This document shows, one piece after another, positions 60,792 to 64,000 of a stretch of 64,000 nucleotides of DNA. The position numbers and the translations under genes were made by a program. A model generated the notes under the pieces. It was not told where the DNA came from. It did not search any database and was given only the letters and a program-made list of their open reading frames with translations. Source of the stretch: Desulfomonilia bacterium (GTDB lineage: Bacteria > Desulfobacterota > Desulfomonilia > UBA1062); NCBI GenBank assembly GCA_036567785.1, contig DATCTV010000027.1, positions 97,384 to 161,383 of the forward strand. The letters are read 5' to 3'. Position 1 is the first letter of the stretch. Every line of letters begins with the position of its first letter.

Positions 60792-61544
60792 TTGGCGAAT
60801 GAATGGATAAAACTTTCTAGCGGCGAGGATGCGATAAGGCTATTCTGTTTCCCGTTTTCCGGCGGCACTGCACAGGTATACAGACCTCTGGCAAGACTCC
60901 TGCCTAACGGCATCTGCGTATTTGCATATGAGCTTCCCGGACGGGGCAGACGTTTTAACGACCCGGCTTTTGAAAATATATCCGATATGGTCAGTGATGC
61001 CATGAAGGCATTGATGCCTTTACTCTCGAATCCGAACTTTGCCTTTTTCGGATATTCTCTGGGGGGTCTTCTTGCATATGAAGCGGCACATGAACTGAGC
61101 AGAAAGGGAGTCAACCTGCCCAGGCATATTTTCGTGGCTGCATCGAGGGCCCCTCATCTGTCCCGCAGGGAAGATGAAACCTCCTATTATGATCTTCCCG
61201 ATGAGAAGTTCATAAGCAAACTGAAGGAAATGGGAGGAACCCCGCAGGAGGTTCTGGAAAATCAGGAAATACTCGAGCTCATGCTTCCGGTCATCAGGAA
61301 GGACTTTAAGGCTTATGAGACTTATAAGAACACAAATGATAAGCCGCTTAACTGCCCGATAACGGCATTCGGGGGGGAATTTGACAGGCTTGTGCTTCCC
61401 TCGGATGTCCAGGAGTGGTCGAAGCACACCGCGAAGCTGTTCCTGAAACATATGTATGAAGGGGACCATTTCTTCATTCAGACTTATGCGGAGAAGATGG
61501 CAGGCGCTATCACCAGGGCCCTTGCCATGCAAAGGCCATGGTAA
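60792..61544 (+). CDS. Type II thioesterase (alpha/beta hydrolase, NRPS editing TEII)
   Basis: LFCFPFSGGTAQVY and the GYSLGG nucleophile elbow. It appears to use a TTG start, with an AGGAGA ribosome-binding site 7 nt upstream. Confidence 0.8.
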   Translation: MANEWIKLSSGEDAIRLFCFPFSGGTAQVYRPLARLLPNGICVFAYELPGRGRRFNDPAFENISDMVSDAMKALMPLLSNPNFAFFGYSLGGLLAYEAAHELSRKGVNLPRHIFVAASRAPHLSRREDETSYYDLPDEKFISKLKEMGGTPQEVLENQEILELMLPVIRKDFKAYETYKNTNDKPLNCPITAFGGEFDRLVLPSDVQEWSKHTAKLFLKHMYEGDHFFIQTYAEKMAGAITRALAMQRPW

Positions 61545-61559
61545 TAAAAACTGGAAATA

Positions 61560-63029
61560 TTAAGGTGCGTACTCGTAAACACCCATGTCAGCGTAAGTAA
61601 TAAGACCGGTTCCCGTATTTGCAATAGAAAGGATATCCAGCCGGGCCTGCCCGTTTAGATCAAGGGCGGGGGCGGAATCCCCGTCGGCGGCGTCAATGCA
61701 TGGTGAGTTTGCCTGAAGCCTGTAATCTCCTGGGATCCATTTCTTGCTGATTTTGTCCCTCGAACCTGTTGCAACGAATTGAGGATTCTTCGATATATTT
61801 CCTGTCCCGCCTGCTCCACCCTGGATGCAGGAGTAGCTTGTTATAATTGTTGAATAATTGTCCTTGAATATCTCGGTGTCCGTATCACCCCATATTATGC
61901 AGTTCCTAGCAGTTGCAGTGCTTGAAAGATTATAAAGTGCGCCTCCCAGCAAGGCGTTATTACCGCTAATTGTACAATTTATGACAGACGGCGATGAGTG
62001 GCTGTTCCGTATGGCCCCTCCATAATATGCGTTATTGCCCTCGAAAAGACAATTGGTAATTTGAGCTGAACTCTCAGAGTTAAAGATACCACCTCCATAA
62101 TAGGCATTGTTATCAGTGAAGCGGCAATTTATGATTCTGGGTGAACTTCCTCCCTGGTTAGTCATACCACCGCCATAGCCCTTTGCATTGTTGTTTAAGA
62201 AACAGCAGTTTGAAATGATAAGGCTGTCACTGCAGTTATTGTTGAGCATTCCACCGCCTGTTTCCTCCTCCTTGATAATGATGGTGTTGTCAACAGTTGC
62301 GTCACCGTTTTGAATCGTGAATCCGTCTATCCTGGAGGACTGTATACCTTTAACTACATGATATATATTTTCCTGACCGTCGAGAATCGTTACGTTTGTT
62401 GAAACATTTCTTTCCGAACGGTATGTTTCAGTCCCTTTAAAACCCCCGTAAATCCTGACTCCTTCCTTCAGGGCAAGGACGGGTATTTCGGGTTTACTGC
62501 TGTCAATGGCATAGTATGTACCTTCTGCGACCCATATCTGATCACCTGATGTTGCCTTGTTCATGGCGTCCTGGGGATGCTTCAATGCATCAGACCAGCT
62601 CGACCCGCTATTTTCTGTTGAACCTGAAGTGGTGACATAGATGATTTTTCCAACTGTATCGACTGTTATCGTCACTGTTGCAGGGTTGCTTTTGATTGTG
62701 CCTTTGCTGAGAGTATAAACCAGTTTGTCGATTCCTGAAAAATCTTCATTCGGGGTATATTTCCAGGTTGCACCGCTTATCTGCTTTAGTGTCCCATGGG
62801 AAGGATAATTTTCGATATTGCATGATAAGACAGATATGTCCGTATCAAGGGCATTCATTGTAAATTCTATGGCATCACCTTCTGTCGTGCTTACGGATAA
62901 ATCAACCGCCTGAATATTTGTTACCTCGGGCTCTGGTGAGCTTGAATTGCCGCCGCCCCCGCCGCCTCCACCGCAGGCGGAGAGGGATATAAACAAAACA
63001 AGGAGTGCCAGGATAATTGATTTTTTCAT
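61560..63029 (-). CDS. Lipoprotein with poly-Gly linker and right-handed parallel beta-helix repeats (pectate-lyase-like fold)
   Basis: Signal peptide with lipobox LSAC followed by GGGGGGGGNSSSPEPE. Repeated NNA(Y)YGG(G/A)(I/M)xN...I(I/T)NC units are typical of PbH1 beta-helix repeats. The gene is convergent with TEII, with a 15-bp gap. Confidence 0.65.
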   Translation of the reverse strand: MKKSIILALLVLFISLSACGGGGGGGGNSSSPEPEVTNIQAVDLSVSTTEGDAIEFTMNALDTDISVLSCNIENYPSHGTLKQISGATWKYTPNEDFSGIDKLVYTLSKGTIKSNPATVTITVDTVGKIIYVTTSGSTENSGSSWSDALKHPQDAMNKATSGDQIWVAEGTYYAIDSSKPEIPVLALKEGVRIYGGFKGTETYRSERNVSTNVTILDGQENIYHVVKGIQSSRIDGFTIQNGDATVDNTIIIKEEETGGGMLNNNCSDSLIISNCCFLNNNAKGYGGGMTNQGGSSPRIINCRFTDNNAYYGGGIFNSESSAQITNCLFEGNNAYYGGAIRNSHSSPSVINCTISGNNALLGGALYNLSSTATARNCIIWGDTDTEIFKDNYSTIITSYSCIQGGAGGTGNISKNPQFVATGSRDKISKKWIPGDYRLQANSPCIDAADGDSAPALDLNGQARLDILSIANTGTGLITYADMGVYEYAP

Positions 63030-63176
63030 TGTAAAGTTCTCCTTTTGATCCTGATAACAAAGTTAGCAAACAACATGCCATGCGTAATATCATGATTATA
63101 CGAGTTAAATATCTTACTGATATATTTTTAAATGTATTTGAACCGAATATTTTAGGAACAATATTTCACATGGACA

Positions 63177-64000
63177 TCAATCAGCAAATTTCTGAAAGGG
63201 CTGATTCAACCTGAAATGAGTGATGCCAATAAATCCTGTTGGAGTGCCTTTCTGGTCCCTTCTGAGACAAAGAAGCAGATCTCCGAACATCAGTTTCCCA
63301 TCGCGGGTGTACTGTTCGATGGAGATAACCTTTCTGAATTGACGGCCGGGTTCTTTTGCTGAGTGAAGCCCTGAAATAAAGGCCTTAGCGAGTTTCAGAT
63401 GGGATGCTTCTGTAAGTGTAAGGCCTGCATTAAGCCGCATTGCTTCTTCTTGGTTGTACCCCAGCAGGTGTTCAACCGAAGGGCTTACATAGGTAAAAAA
63501 AAGCTCCATGTCGGTAATCCATATAAGATTGGTGGAATATTTCATAAGTTCATTGTATTCGAGGAGCCTGTCGTCCGTGGCAGTCGTTGACGACATGTTT
63601 ACGATCAGGAATATGAAGCCGTTCTTTATGCCGTTTTTTATAAATTGTTTGATTCCAATCCTTGCGATCATGCTTATTCCCGATTTCAAGACCATTTTAT
63701 ATACATCGACGTTTCTTTTGCCGTTCTTTGCAAGCTCGAGATTTGCTTTTGCTTTCGCATGGTCTTCAGGATGCACAAATTCCCAGAGCTCTTTACCGAT
63801 GATCTCATCCTGTATGAACCCGCCCAGTTCCGCTATTCTGCCGCTCACGGCGGTAATCCTGAGTGACTCATCAACTGTAGCTATCCCTTCCGTCACCTCG
63901 TTCAGCATAAGAGAGAGCTGTTCATCCGCCTGTTTGAGATCGTTCAGCATCTCCGAGAGGAAGACATTGTTCGAGAGGTCAATGGATTCTTTAAGAAGCA
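63177..64000 (-). CDS. PAS-domain protein, N-terminus beyond the window
   Basis: The ORF from 63950 stays open to the window edge (...LLKESIDLSNNVFLSEMLNDLKQ...). PAS-like blocks are present. Confidence 0.55.
   Translation of the reverse strand, partial: LLKESIDLSNNVFLSEMLNDLKQADEQLSLMLNEVTEGIATVDESLRITAVSGRIAELGGFIQDEIIGKELWEFVHPEDHAKAKANLELAKNGKRNVDVYKMVLKSGISMIARIGIKQFIKNGIKNGFIFLIVNMSSTTATDDRLLEYNELMKYSTNLIWITDMELFFTYVSPSVEHLLGYNQEEAMRLNAGLTLTEASHLKLAKAFISGLHSAKEPGRQFRKVISIEQYTRDGKLMFGDLLLCLRRDQKGTPTGFIGITHFRLNQPFQKFAD

Noticed and set aside
1-64000. CRISPR arrays, tRNA or rRNA genes, and IS or transposase genes
   Set aside because: No regularly spaced direct repeats, no tRNA cloverleaf candidates in intergenic regions, and no transposase or integrase ORFs were seen.

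Overview
64 kb bacterial chromosomal window. Lipobox lipoproteins and a ClpS-ClpA-Aat N-degron module point to a Gram-negative lineage; I cannot assign the taxon from sequence alone. The first ~31 kb is ordinary core metabolism. It holds a tetrapyrrole operon (sirC, ccsA/hemX-like, hemA and the start of hemC, with 4-bp start/stop overlaps), ornithine-to-proline genes (rocD divergent from proC-tgt), two class-III aminotransferases, an APC permease and a 7TMR-DISM hybrid histidine kinase. It also holds clpS-clpA-aat, PPK2, Nudix and HD hydrolases, a trans-sulfuration PLP enzyme, two tandem paralogous MFS transporters and endonuclease III. Small accessory oddities include a DUF4258 toxin-like gene carrying an in-frame amber codon and coupled ATGA-style to a small partner gene, a MarC-family 3' remnant, and several inverted repeats. 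The second half, about 31.6-61.5 kb, is a roughly 30-kb non-ribosomal peptide synthetase (NRPS) gene cluster made of four collinear, COM-docked NRPS genes. Its domain order is FAAL-FAAL-ACP, then C-A-T, C-A-T-E, C-A-T-E, C-A-T-E, C-A-T, and C-A-T-R. Domain abbreviations: FAAL, fatty acyl-AMP ligase; ACP and T, carrier proteins; C, condensation; A, adenylation; E, epimerisation; R, terminal thioester reductase. A discrete SDR oxidoreductase and a type II thioesterase follow the NRPS genes. The predicted product is an N-acylated hexapeptide with D-residues at positions 2 to 4, released reductively as a C-terminal aldehyde or alcohol. The cluster opens with an unusual tandem FAAL didomain, has a perfect 10-bp palindrome in its promoter region, and shows a near-duplicate A-T-E unit in modules 2 and 3. 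It is flanked by a Gly-linker beta-helix lipoprotein and a PAS-domain protein. This cluster is the most likely novel system in the window.
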